Assembly: GCA_043228905.1 (NCBI GenBank)
Contig: JBHGNT010000221.1
Location: 1 to 50,419 of the forward strand
Source of the DNA: Azolla caroliniana
Lineage: Eukaryota > Plantae > Polypodiophyta
DNA: 50,419 bases
Reading direction: 5' to 3'
The translations under genes were made by a program, and so were the position numbers. The notes beneath the pieces were generated by a model, which saw only the letters and a program-made list of their open reading frames with translations, was not told the origin of the DNA and made no database searches. The stretch's first letter is position 1, and the number at the start of each line of letters is the position of its first letter. Shown here in pieces: positions 26,501 through 39,699 of this stretch.

Positions 26501-29500
26501 GATTTTTGAATTCTATATCATACCTAGCGTTGCTAGCTTCGATTCGCATATTTGAACACAGAAATCGGATATCACACGAGCCAGGTATGAACATTTTAAT
26601 TTACTCAAGGGCTCTTCTCAACTCCCTCCTCAAGTTTGCTAATTTCTTCATATCTCCTGACCTGAGTTTCAAAATCTTGATTTTTGAATTCTATATCATA
26701 GCTAGCGTTGCTACCTTCGATTCGCATATTTGAACACAGAAATCCGATATCACACGAGCCAGGTATGAACATTTTAATTTACTCAAGGGCTCTTCTCAAC
26801 TCCCTCCTCAAGTTTGCTAATTTCTTCATATCTCCTGACCTGAGTTTCAAAATCTTGATTTTTGAATTCTATATCATAGCTCGAGTTGCTAGCTTCGATT
26901 CGAATATTTGAACTTCAGAATCCGATATCACACGAGCCAGGTATGAACATTTTAATTTACTCAAGCGCTCTTCTCAACTCCCTTCCTCATCTTTGCTAAT
27001 TTCGTCATGTCTCTCGACCTGAGTTTCAAAATCTTGATTTTTGAATTCTATATCATAGCTAGCGTTGCTACCTTCGATTCGCATATTTGAACACAGAAAT
27101 CGGATATAACACGAGCCAGGTATGAACATTTTAATTTACTCAAGGGCTCTTCTCAACTCCCTCCTCAAGTTTGCTAATTTCTTCATATCTCCTGACCTGA
27201 TCTTCAAAATCTTGATTTTTGAATTCTATATCATACCTAGCGTTGCTAGGTTCGATTCGAATATTTGAACTTCAAAATCCGATATCACACGAGCCAGGTA
27301 TGAACATTTTAATTTACTCAAGGGCTCTTCTCAACTCCCTCCTCAAGTTTGCTAATTTCGTCATGTCTCTCGACCTGAGTTTCAAAATCTTGATTTTTGA
27401 ATTCTATATCATACCTAGCGTTGCTAGCTTCGATTCGCATATTTGAACACAGAAATCGGATATAACACGAGCCAGGTATGAACATTTTAATTTACTCAAG
27501 GGCTCTTCTCAACTCCCTCCTCAAGTTTGCTAATTTCTTCATATCTCCTGACCTGAGTTTCAAAATCTTGATTTTTGAATTCTATATCATACCTAGCGTT
27601 GCTAGCTTCGATTCGCATATTTGAACTTCAAAATCGGATATCACACGAGCCAGGTATGAACATTTTAATTTACTCAAGCGCTCTTCTCAACTCCATCCTC
27701 ATCTTTGCTAATTTCCTCATGTCTCTCGACCTGAGTTTCAAAATCTTGATTTTCTAATTCTATATCATAGCTTGCGTTGCTACCTTCGATTCGCATAGTT
27801 GAACACAGAAATCCGATATAACACGAGCCAGGTATGAACATTTTAATTTACTCAAGGGCTCTTCTCAACTCCCTCCTCAAGTTTGCTAATTTCGTCATGT
27901 CTCTCGACGTGAGTTTCAAAATCTTGATTTTTGAATTCTATATCATACCTAGTGTTGCTAGCTTCGATTCGCATATTTGAACACAGAAATCCGATATCAC
28001 ACGAGCCAGGTATGAACATTTTAATTTATCAAGGGCTCTTCTCAACTCCCTCCTCAAGTTTGCTAATTTCGTCATGTCTCTCGACCTGAGTTTCAAAATC
28101 TTGATTTTTGAATTCTATATCATACCTAGCGTTGCTAGCTTCGATTCGCATATTTGAACACAGAAATCGGATATAACACGAGCCAGGTATGAACATTTTA
28201 ATTTACTCAAGGGCTCTTCTCAACTCCCTCCTCAAGTTTGCTAATTTCTTCATGTCTCTCGACCTGAGTTTCAAAATCTTGATTTTTGAATTCTATATCA
28301 TACCTAGCGTTGCTAGCTTCGATTCGCATATTTGAACACAGAAATCCGATATCACACGAGCCAGGTATGAACATTTTAATTTACTCAAGGGCTCTTCTCA
28401 ACTCCCTCCTCAAGTTTGCTAATTTCTTTATATCTCCTGACCTGAGTTTCAAAATCTTGATTTTTGAATTCTATATTATACCTCGCGTTGCTAGCTTCGA
28501 TTCGCATATTTGAACTTCAAAATCGGATATCACACGAGCCAGGTATGAACATTTTAATTTACTCAAGCGCTCTCCTCAACTCCATCCTCATCTTTGCTAA
28601 TTTCCTCATGTCTCTTGACCTGAGTTTCAAAATCTTGATTTTTTAATTCTATATCATAGCTAGCGTTGCTAGCTTCGATTCGCATATTTGAACACAGAAA
28701 TCGGATATCACACGAGCCAGGTATGAACATTTTAATTTACTCAAGGGCTCTTCTCAACTCCCTCCTCAAGTTTGCTAATTTCTTTATATCTCCTGACCTG
28801 AGTTTCAAAATCTTGATTTTTTAATTCTATATCATAGCTCCCGTTGCTAGCTTCGATTTGCATATTTGAACACAGAAATCCGATATCACACGAGCCAGGT
28901 ATGATCATTTTAATTTACTCAAGGGCTCTTCTCAACTCCCTCCTCAAGTTTGCAAATTTCTTCATATATCCTGACCTGAGTTTCAAAATCTTGAATTTTG
29001 AATTCTATATCATACCTCGCGATGCTAGCTTCGTTTCGCATATTTGAACACAGAAATCCGATATCACACGAGCCAGGTATGAACATTTTAATTTACTCAA
29101 GGGCTCTTCTCAACTCCCTCCTCATCTTTGCTAATTTCGTCATGTCTCTCGACCTGAGTTTCAAAATCTTGATTTTTGAATTCTATATCATAGCTCGCGT
29201 TGCTAGCTTCGATTCGAATATTTGAACATAAAAATCCGATATCACACGAGCCAGGTATGAACATTTTAATTTACTCAAGGGCTCTTCTCAACTCCCTCCT
29301 CAAGTTTGCTCATTTCTTCATATCTCCTGACCTGAGTTTCAAAATCTTGATTTTTGAATTCTATATCATAGCTCGCGTTGCTAGCTTCGATTCGAATATT
29401 TGAACATAAAAATCCGATATCACACGAGCCAGGTATGAACATTTTAATTTACTCAAGGGCTCTTCTCAACTCCCTCCTCAAGTTTGCTAATTTCTTCATA

Positions 29501-31400
29501 TCTCCTGACCTGAGTTTCAAAATCTTGATTTTTGAATTCTATATCATAGCTCGCGTTGCTAGCTTCGATTCGAATATCTGAACTTCAAAATCCGATATCA
29601 CACGAGCCAGGTATGAACATTTTAATTTACTCAAGGGCTCCTCTCAACTCCATCCTCAAGTTTGCTAATATTATTCATGTGTCTCGACCTGAGTTTCAAA
29701 ATCTTGATTTTTGAATTCTATATCATAGCTAGCGTTGCTAGCTTCGATTCGAATATTTGAACACAGAAATCCGATATCACACGAGCCAGGTATGAACATT
29801 TTAATTTATCAAGGGCTCTTCTCAACTCCCTCCTCAAGTTTGCTAATTTCGTCATGTCTCTCGACCTGAGTTTCAAAATCTTGATTTTTGAATTCTATAT
29901 CATACCTAGCGTTGCTAGCTTCGATTCGCATATTTGAACACAGAAATCGGATATCACACGAGCCAGGTATGAACATTTTAATTTACTCAAGGGCTCTTCT
30001 CAACTCCCTCCTCAAGTTTGCTAATTTCTTCATATCGCCTGACCTGAGTTTCAAAATCTTGATTTTTGAATTCTATATCATAGCTAGCGTTGCTAGCTTC
30101 GATTCGCATATTTAAACTTCAAAATCGGATATCACACGAGCCATGTATGAACATTTTAATTTACTCAAGCGCTCTTCTCAACTCCATCCTCATCTTTGCT
30201 AATTTCGTCATGTCTCTCGACCTGAGTTTCAAAATCTTGACTTTTTAATTCTATATCATAGCTAGCGTTGCTAGCTTCGATTCGCATATTTGAACACAGA
30301 AATCCGATATCACACGAGCCAGGTATGAACATTTTAATTTACTCAAGGGCTCTTCTCAACTCCCTCCTCAAGTTTGCTAATTTCGTCATGTCTCTCGACC
30401 TGAGTTTCAAAATCTTGATTTTTTAATTCTATATCATAGCTCCCGTTGCTAGCTTCGATTTGCATATTTGAACACAGAAATCCGATATCACACGAGCCAG
30501 GTATGAACATTTTAATTTACTCAAGGGCTCTTCTCAACTCCCTCCTCAAGTTTGCTAATTTCTTCATGTCTCTCGACCTGAGTTTCAAAATCTTGATTTT
30601 TGAATTCTATATCATACCTAGCGTTGCTAGCTTCGATTCGCATATTTGAACACAGAAATCGGATATCACACGAGCCAGGTATGAACATTTTAATTTACTC
30701 AAGGGCTCTTCTCAACTCCCTCCTCATCTTTGCTAATTTCGTCATGTCTCTCGACCTGAGTTTCAAAATCTTGATTTTTGAATTCTATATCATAGCTCGC
30801 GTTGCTAGCTTCGATTCGAATATTTGAACATAAAAATCCGATATCACACGTGCCAGGTATGAACATTTTAATTTACTTAAGGGCTCTTCTCAACTCCCTC
30901 CTCAAGTTTGCTAATTTCTTCATATCTCCTGACCTGAGTTTCAAAATCTTGATTTTTGAATTCTATAGCATAGCTCGCGTTGCTAGCTTCCATTCGAATA
31001 TTTGAACACAGAAATCCGATATCACACGAGCCAGGTATGAACCTTTTAATTTACTCAAGGGCTCTTCTCAACTCCCTCCTCAAGTTTGCTAATTTCTTCA
31101 TATCTCCTGACCTGAGTTTCAAAATCTTGATTTTTGAATTCTATATCATAGCTAGCGTTGCTACCTTCGATTCGCATATTTGAACACAGAAATCCGATAT
31201 CACACGAGCCAGGTATGAACATTTTAATTTACTCAAGGGCTCTTCTCAACTCCCTCCTCAAGTTTGCTAATTTCTTCATATCTCCTGACCTGAGTTTCAA
31301 AATCTTGATTTTTGAATTCTATATCATAGCTCGAGTTGCTAGCTTCGATTCGAATATTTGAACTTCAAAATCCGATATCACACGAGCCAGGTATGAACAT
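14600..31400. repeat. 19-mer cassette (about 3383 bp) present in four full or partial copies (about 14600-18000, 21190-24570, 24570-26650, 28810-31400)
   Basis: The private marker ATGATCAT occurs in monomers at 15489, 22079, 25462 and 28844. Offsets of 6590, 3383, 3382 and 6765 hold over runs of consecutive monomers. Confidence 0.88.
16576..21930. repeat. 14-mer higher-order repeat, period 2494 bp, about 2.1 copies
   Basis: 17091/19585, 17447/19941, 17803/20297, 18160/20654, 18492/20986, 18873/21367 and 19051/21545 are all offset by 2494 (14 x 178 + 2). Confidence 0.92.
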
Positions 31401-33649
31401 TTTAATTTACTCAAGCGCTCTTCTCAACTCCCTTCCTCATCTTTGCTAATTTCGTCATGTCTCTCGACCTGAGTTTCAAAATCTTGATTTTTGAATTCTA
31501 TATCATAGCTAGCGTTGCTACCTTCGATTCGCATATTTGAACACAGAAATCGGATATAACACGAGCCAGGTATGAACATTTTAATTTACTCAAGGGCTCT
31601 TCTCAACTCCCTCCTCAAGTTTGCTAATTTCTTCATATCTCCTGACCTGATCTTCAAAATCTTGATTTTTGAATTCTATATCATACCTAGCGTTGCTAGG
31701 TTCGATTCGAATATTTGAACTTCAAAATCCGATATCACACGAGCCAGGTATGAACATTTTAATTTACTCAAGGGCTCTTCTCAACTCCCTCCTCAAGTTT
31801 GCTAATTTCGTCATGTCTCTCGACCTGAGTTTCAAAATCTTGATTTTTGAATTCTATATCATACCTAGCGTTGCTAGCTTCGATTCGCATATTTGAACAC
31901 AGAAATCGGATATAACACGAGCCAGGTATGAACATTTTAATTTACTCAAGGGCTCTTCTCAACTCCCTCCTCAAGTTTGCTAATTTCTTCATATCTCCTG
32001 ACCTGAGTTTCAAAATCTTGATTTTTGAATTCTATATCATACCTAGCGTTGCTAGCTTCGATTCGCATATTTGAACTTTAAAATCCGATATCACAGGAGC
32101 CAGGTTTGAACAATTTAATTTACTCAAGCGCTCTTCTCAACTCCGTCCTCATCTTTGCTAATTTCTTCATATATCCTGACCTGAGTTTCAAAATCTTGAA
32201 TTTTGAATTCTATATCATACCTCGCGTTGCTAGTTTCGTTTCGCATATTTGAACACAGAAATCCGATATCACACGAGCCAGGTATGAACATTTTAATTTA
32301 CTCTAGGGCTCTTCTCAACTCCCTCCTCAAGTTTGCTAATTTCTTCATATCTCCTGACCTGATCTTCAAAATCTTGATTTTTTAATTCTATATCATACCT
32401 AGCGTTGCTAGCTTCGATTTGCATATTTGAACTGCAAAATCGGATATCACACGAGCCAGGTATGAACATTTTAATTTACTGAAGCGCTCTTCTCAACTCC
32501 ATCCTCATCTTTCCTAATTTCCTCATGTCTCTCGACCTGAGTTTCAAAATCTTGATTTTTGAATTCTATATCATAGCTCGGTTTGCTAGCTTCGATTCGC
32601 ATATTTGAACACAGAAATCCGATATCACACGAGCCAGGTATGAACATTTTAATTTACTCAAGGGCTCTTCTCAACTCCCTCCTCAAGTTTGCTAATTTCT
32701 TCATATATCCTGACCTGAGTTTCAAAATCTTGAATTTTGAATTCTATCTCATACCTCGCGTTGCTAGCTTCGTTTCGCATATTTGAACACAGAAATCCGA
32801 TATCACACGAGCTAGGTATGAACATTTTAATTTACTCAAGGGCTCTTCTCAACTCCCTCCTCAAGTTTGCTAATTTCGTCATGTCTCTCGACCTGAGTTT
32901 CAAAATCTTGATTTTTGAATTCTATATCATACCTAGCGTTGCTAGCTTCGATTCGCATATTTGAACTTTAATATCCGATATCACACGAGCCAGGTATGAA
33001 CATTTTAATTTACTCTAGGGCTCTTCTCAACTCCCTCCTCAAGTTTGCTAATTTCTTCATATCTCCTGACCTGAGTTTCAGAATCTTGATTTTTGAATTC
33101 TATAGCATACCTAGCGTTGCTAGCTTCGATTCGCATATTTGAACACAGAAATCCGATATCACACGAGCCAGGTATGAACATTTTAATTTACTCTAGGGCT
33201 CTTCTCAACTCCCTCCTCAAGTTTGCTAATTTCTTCATATCTCCTGACCTGAGTTTCAAAATCTTGATTTTTGAATTCTATATCATAGCTCGAGTTGCTA
33301 CCTTCGATTCGCATATTTGAACACAGAAATCTGATATCACACGAGCCAGGTATGAACATTTTAATTTACTCAAGGGCTCTTCTCAACTCGCTCCTCAAGT
33401 TTGCTAATTTCTTCATATCTCCTGACCTGAGTTTCAAAATCTTGATTTTTGAATTCTATATCATAGCTCGAGTTGCTAGCTTCGATTCGAATATTTGAAC
33501 TTCAAAATCCGATATCACACGAGCCAGGTATGAACATTTTAATTTACTCAAGCGCTCTTCTGAACTCCCTTCCTCAAGTTTGCTAATTTCGTCATGTCTC
33601 TCGACCTGAGTTTCAAAATCTTGATTTTTGAATTCTATATCATACCTAG

Positions 33650-35100
33650 CGTTGCTAGCTTCGATTCGCATATTTAAACACAGAAATCGGATATAACACG
33701 AGCCAGGTATGAACATTTTAATTTACTCAAGGGCTCTTCTCAACTCCCTCCTCAAGTTTGCTAATTTCTTCATATCTCCTGACCTGAGTTTCAAAATCTT
33801 GATTTTTGAATTCTATATCATACCTAGCGTTGCTAGCTTCGATTCGCATATTTGAACTTCAAAATCGGATATCACACGAGCCAGGTATGAACATTTTAAT
33901 TTACTCAAGCGCTCTTCTCAACTCCGTCCTCATCTTTCCTAATTTCCTCATGTCTCTCGACCTGAGTTTCAAAATCTTGATTTTTGAATTCTATATCATA
34001 CCTAGCGTTGCTAGCTTCGATTCGCATATTTGAACACAGAAATCGGATATAACACGAGCCAGGTATGAACATTTTAATTTACTCAAGGGCTATCCTCAAC
34101 TCCCTCCTCAAGTTTGCTAATTTCTTCATATCTCCTGACCTGAGTTTCAAAATCTTGATTTTTGAATTCTATATCATACCTAGCGTTCCTAGCTTCGATT
34201 CGCATATTTGAACTTCAAAATCGGATATCACACGAGCCAGGTATGAACATTTTAATTTACTCAAGCGCTCTTCTCAACTCCGTCCTCATCTTTCCTAATT
34301 TCCTCATGTCTCTCGACCTGAGTTTCAAAATCTTGATTTTTGAATTCTATATCATAGCTAGCGTTGCTAGCTTCGATTCGCATATTTGAACACAGAAATC
34401 CGATATCACACGAGCCAGGTATGAACATTTTAATTTACTCAAGGGCTCTTCTCAACTCCCTCCTCAAGTTTGCTAATTTCTTCATATCTCCTGACCTGAG
34501 TTTCAAAATCTTGATTTTTGAATTCTATATCATACCTAGCGTTGCTAGCTTCGATTCGCATATTTGAACTTCAAAATCGGATATCACACGAGCCAGGTAT
34601 GAACATTTTAATTTACTGAAGCGCTCTTCTCAACTCCGTCCTCATCTTTCCTAATTTCCTCATGTCTCTCGACCTGAGTTTCAAAATCTTGATTTTTGAA
34701 TTCTATATCATACCTAGCGTTGCTAGCTTCGATTCGCATATTTGAACACAGAAATCGGATATAATACGAGCCAGGTATGAACATTTTAATTTACTCAAGG
34801 GCTATCCTCAACTCCCTCCTCAAGTTTGCTAATTTCTTCATATCTCCTGACCTGAGTTTCAAAATCTTGATTTTTGAATTCTATATCATACCTAGCGTTC
34901 CTAGCTTCGATTCGCATATTTGAACTTCAAAATCGGATATCACACGAGCCAGGTATGAACATTTTAATTTACTCAAGCGCTCTTCTCAACTCCGTCCTCA
35001 TCTTTCCTAATTTCCTCATGTCTCTCGACCTGAGTTTCAAAATCTTGATTTTTGAATTCTATATCATAGCTAGCGTTGCTAGCTTCGATTCGCATATTTG
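33650..35100. repeat. Dimer-derived 4-mer repeat, period 712 bp (sub-period 356 bp)
   Basis: 34162 and 34874 share the private variants GTTCCTAGC and the preceding GCTATCCTC. The CCGTCC/TTTCCTAAT monomer recurs every second unit. Confidence 0.85.
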
Positions 35101-35959
35101 AACTTTAAAATCCGATATCACACGAGCCAGGTATGAACCTTTTAATTTACTCAAGGGCTCTTCTCAACTCCCTCCTCAAGTTTGCTAATTTCTTTATATC
35201 TCCTGACCTGAGTTTCAGAATCTTGATTTTTGAATTCTATAGCATACCTAGCGTTGCTAGCTTCGATTCGCATATTTGAACACAGAAATCCGATATCACA
35301 CGAGCCAGGTATGAACATTTTAATTTACTCTAGGGCTCTTCTCAACTCCCTCCTCAAGTTTGCTAATTTCTTCATATCTCCTGACCTGAGTTTCAAAATC
35401 TTGATTTTTGAATTCTATATCATACCTCCCTTTGCTAGCTTCGATTTGCATATTTGAACTTTAAAATCCGATATCACACGAGCCAGGTATGAACATTTTA
35501 ATTTACTCAAGCGCTCTTCTCAACTCCGTCCTCATCTTTGCTAATTTCGTCATGTCTCTCGACCTGAGATTCAAAATCTTGATTTTTGAATTCTATATCA
35601 TAGCTAGCGTTGCTAGCTTCGATTCGCATATTTGAACATAGAAATCCGATATCACACGAGCCAGGTATGAACATTTTAATTTACTCAAGGGCTCTTCTCA
35701 ACTCCCTCCTCAAGTTTGCTAATTTCTTCGTATATCCTGACTTGAGTTTCAAAATCTTGAATTTCGAATTCTATATCATACCTCGCGTTGCTAGATTCGT
35801 TTCGCATATTTGAACACAGAAATCCGATATCACACGAGCCAGGTATGAACATTTTAATTTACTCTAGGGATCTTCTCAACTCCCTCCTCAAGTTTGCTAA
35901 TTTCTTCATATCTCCTGACCTGAGTTTCAAAATCTTGATTTTTGAATTCTATATCATAC

Positions 35960-38900
35960 CTAGCGTTGCTAGCTTCGATTCGCATATTTGAACTTCAAAA
36001 TCGGATATCACACGAGCCAGGTATGAGCATTTTAATTTACTCAAGCGCTCTTCTCAACTCCATCCTCATCTTTCCTAATTTCGTCATGTCTCTCAACCTG
36101 AGTTTCAAAATCTTGATTTTGAATTCTATCTCATACCTCGCGTTGCTAGCTTCGTTTCGCATATTTGAACACAGAAATCCGATATCACACGAGCTAGGTA
36201 TGAACATTTTAATTTACTCAAGGGCTCTTCTCAACTCCCTCCTCAAGTTTGCTAATTTCTTCATATCTCCTGACCTGAGTTTCAAAATCTTGATTTTTGA
36301 ATTCTATATCATAGCTCGCGTTGCTAGCTTCGATTCGAATATCTGAACTTCAAAATCCGATATCACACGAGCCAGGTATGAACATTTTAATTTACTCAAG
36401 GGCTCCTCTCAACTCCATCCTCAAGTTTGCTAATATTATTCATGTGTCTCGACCTGAGTTTCAAAATCTTGATTTTTGAATTCTATATCATAGCTAGCGT
36501 TGCTAGCTTCGATTCGAATATTTGAACACAGAAATCCGATATCACACGAGCCAGGTATGAACATTTTAATTTATCAAGGGCTCTTCTCAACTCCCTCCTC
36601 AAGTTTGCTAATTTCGTCATGTCTCTCGACCTGAGTTTCAAAATCTTGATTTTTGAATTCTATATCATACCTAGCGTTGCTAGCTTCGATTCGCATATTT
36701 GAACTTTAATATCCGATATCACACGAGCCAGGTATGAACATTTTAATTTACTCTAGGGCTCTTCTCAACTCCCTCCTCAAGTTTGCTAATTTCTTCATAT
36801 CTCCTGACCTGAGTTTCAAAATCTTGATTTTTGAATTCTATATCATACCTAGCGTTGCTAGCTTCGATTCGCATATTTGAACTTCAAAATCGGATATCAC
36901 ACGAGCCAGGTATGAACATTTTAATTTACTCAAGCGCTCTTCTCAACTCCATCCTCATCTTTCCTAATTTCCTCATGTCTCTCGACCTGAGTTTCAAAAT
37001 CTTGATTTTTGAATTCTATATCATAGCTAGCGTTGCTAGCTTCGATTCGCATATTTGAACACAGAAATCCGATATCACACGAGCCAGGTATGAACATTTT
37101 AATTTACTCAAGGGCTCTTCTCAACTCCCTCCTCAAGTTTGCTAATTTCTTCATATATCCTGACCTGAGTTTCAAAATCTTGATTTTCTAATTCTATATC
37201 ATACCTAGCGTTGCTACCTTCGATTCGCATATTTGAACACAGAAATCCGATATCACACGAGCCAGGTATGAACCTTTTAATTTACTCAAGGGCTCTTCTT
37301 AACTCCCTCCTCAAGTTTGCTAATTTCTTTATATCTCCTGACCTGAGTTTCAAAATGTTGATTTTTGAATTCTATAGCATACCTAGCGTTGCTAGCTTCG
37401 ATTCGCATATTTGAACACAGAAATCCAATATCACACGAGCCAGGTATGAACATTTTAATTTACTCAAGGGCTCTTCTCAACTCCCTCCTCAAGTTTGCTA
37501 ATTTCTTCATATCTCCTGACCTGAGTTTCAAAATCTTGATTTTTGAATTCTATATCATACCTCGCTTTGCTAGCTTCGATTCCAATATTTGAACTTTAAA
37601 ATCCGATATCACACGAGCCAGGTATGAACATTTTAATTTACTCAAGCGCTCTTCTCAACTCCATCCTCATCTTTGCTAATTTCATCATGTCTCTCGACCT
37701 GAGATTCAAAATCTTGATTTTCGAATTCTATATCATAGCTAGCGTTGCTAGCTTCGATTCGCATATTTGAACACAGAAATCCGATATCACACGAGCCAGG
37801 TATGAACATTTTAATTTACTCTAGGGCTCTTCTCAACTCCCTCCTCAAGTTTGCTAATTTCTTCATATCTCCTGACCTGAGTTTCAAAATCTTGATTTTT
37901 GAATTCTATATCATACCTAGCGTTGCTAGCTTCGATTCGCATTTTTGAACTTCAAAATCGGATATCACACGAGCCAGGTATGAACATTTTAATTTACTCA
38001 AGCGCTCTTCTCAACTCCATCCTCATCTTTCCTAATTTCGTCATGTCTCTCAACCTGAGTTTCAAAATCTTGATTTTGAATTCTATCTCATACCTCGCGT
38101 TGCTAGCTTCGTTTCGCATATTTGAACACAGAAATCCGATATCACACGAGCTAGGTATGAACATTTTAATTTACTCAAGGGCTCTTCTCAACTCCCTCCT
38201 CAAGTTTGCTAATTTCGTCATGTCTCTCGACCTGAGTTTCAAAATCTTGATTTTTGAATTCTATATCATACCTAGCGTTGCTAGCTTCGATTCGCATATT
38301 TGAACTTTAATATCCGATATCACACGAGCCAGGTATGAACATTTTAATTTACTCTAGGGCTCTTCTCAACTCCCTCCTCAAGTTTGCTAATTTCTTCATA
38401 TCTCCTGACCTGAGTTTCAAAATCTTGATTTTTGAATTCTATATCATACCTAGCGTTGCTAGCTTCGATTCGCATATTTGAACTTCAAAATCGGATATCA
38501 CACGAGCCAGGTATGAACATTTTAATTTACTCAAGCGCTCTTCTCAACTCCATCCTCATCTTTCCTAATTTCCTCATGTCTCTCGACCTGAGTTTCAAAA
38601 TCTTGATTTTTGAATTCTATATCATAGCTAGCGTTGCTAGCTTCGATTCGCATATTTGAACACAGAAATCCGATATCACACGAGCCAGGTATGAACATTT
38701 TAATTTACTCAAGGGCTCTTCTCAACTCCCTCCTCAAGTTTGCTAATTTCTTCATATATCCTGACCTGAGTTTCAAAATCTTGATTTTCTAATTCTATAT
38801 CATACCTAGCGTTGCTACCTTCGATTCGCATATTTGAACACAGAAATCCGATATCACACGAGCCAGGTATGAACCTTTTAATTTACTCAAGGGCTCTTCT

Positions 38901-39630
38901 TAACTCCCTCCTCAAGTTTGCTAATTTCTTTATATCTCCTGACCTGAGTTTCAAAATGTTGATTTTTGAATTCTATAGCATACCTAGCGTTGCTAGCTTC
39001 GATTCGCATATTTGAACACAGAAATCCGATATCACACGAGCCAGGTATGAACATTTTAATTTACTCAAGGGCTCTTCTCAACTCCCTCCTCAAGTTTGCT
39101 AATTTCTTCATATCTCCTGACCTGAGTTTCAAAATCTTGATTTTTGAATTCTATATCATACCTCGCTTTGCTAGCTTCGATTCCAATATTTGAACTTTAA
39201 AATCCGATATCACACGAGCCAGGTATGAACATTTTAATTTACTCAAGCGCTCTTCTCAACTCCATCCTCATCTTTGCTAATTTCATCATGTCTCTCGACC
39301 TGAGATTCAAAATCTTGATTTTCGAATTCTATATCATAGCTAGCGTTGCTAGCTTCGATTCGCATATTTGAACACAGAAATCCGATATCACACGAGCCAG
39401 GTATGAACATTTTAATTTACTCTAGGGCTCTTCTCAACTCCCTCCTCAAGTTTGCTAATTTCTTCATATCTCCTGACCTGAGTTTCAAAATCTTGATTTT
39501 TGAATTCTATATCATACCTAGCGTTGCTAGCTTCGATTCGCATTTTTGAACTTCAAAATCGGATATCACACGAGCCAGTTATGAACATTTTAATTTACTC
39601 AAGCGCTCTTCTCAACTCCATCCTCATCTT
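35960..39630. repeat. 9-mer higher-order repeat, period 1601 bp, about 2 copies, first copy interrupted by a 356-bp insertion
   Basis: 36831/38432, 37211/38812, 37365/38966, 37745/39346 and 37899/39500 are offset by 1601. The pair 35942/37899 is offset by 1957 (1601 + 356). Confidence 0.9.
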
Positions 39631-39699
39631 TCCTAATTTCGTCATGTCTCTCGACCTGAGTTTCAAAATCTTGATTTTTGAATTCTATATCATAGCTAG

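Noticed and set aside
33456-33716. 86-aa minus-strand ORF
   Set aside because: It is created by a local insertion and SNPs in one monomer and is not conserved in other copies.
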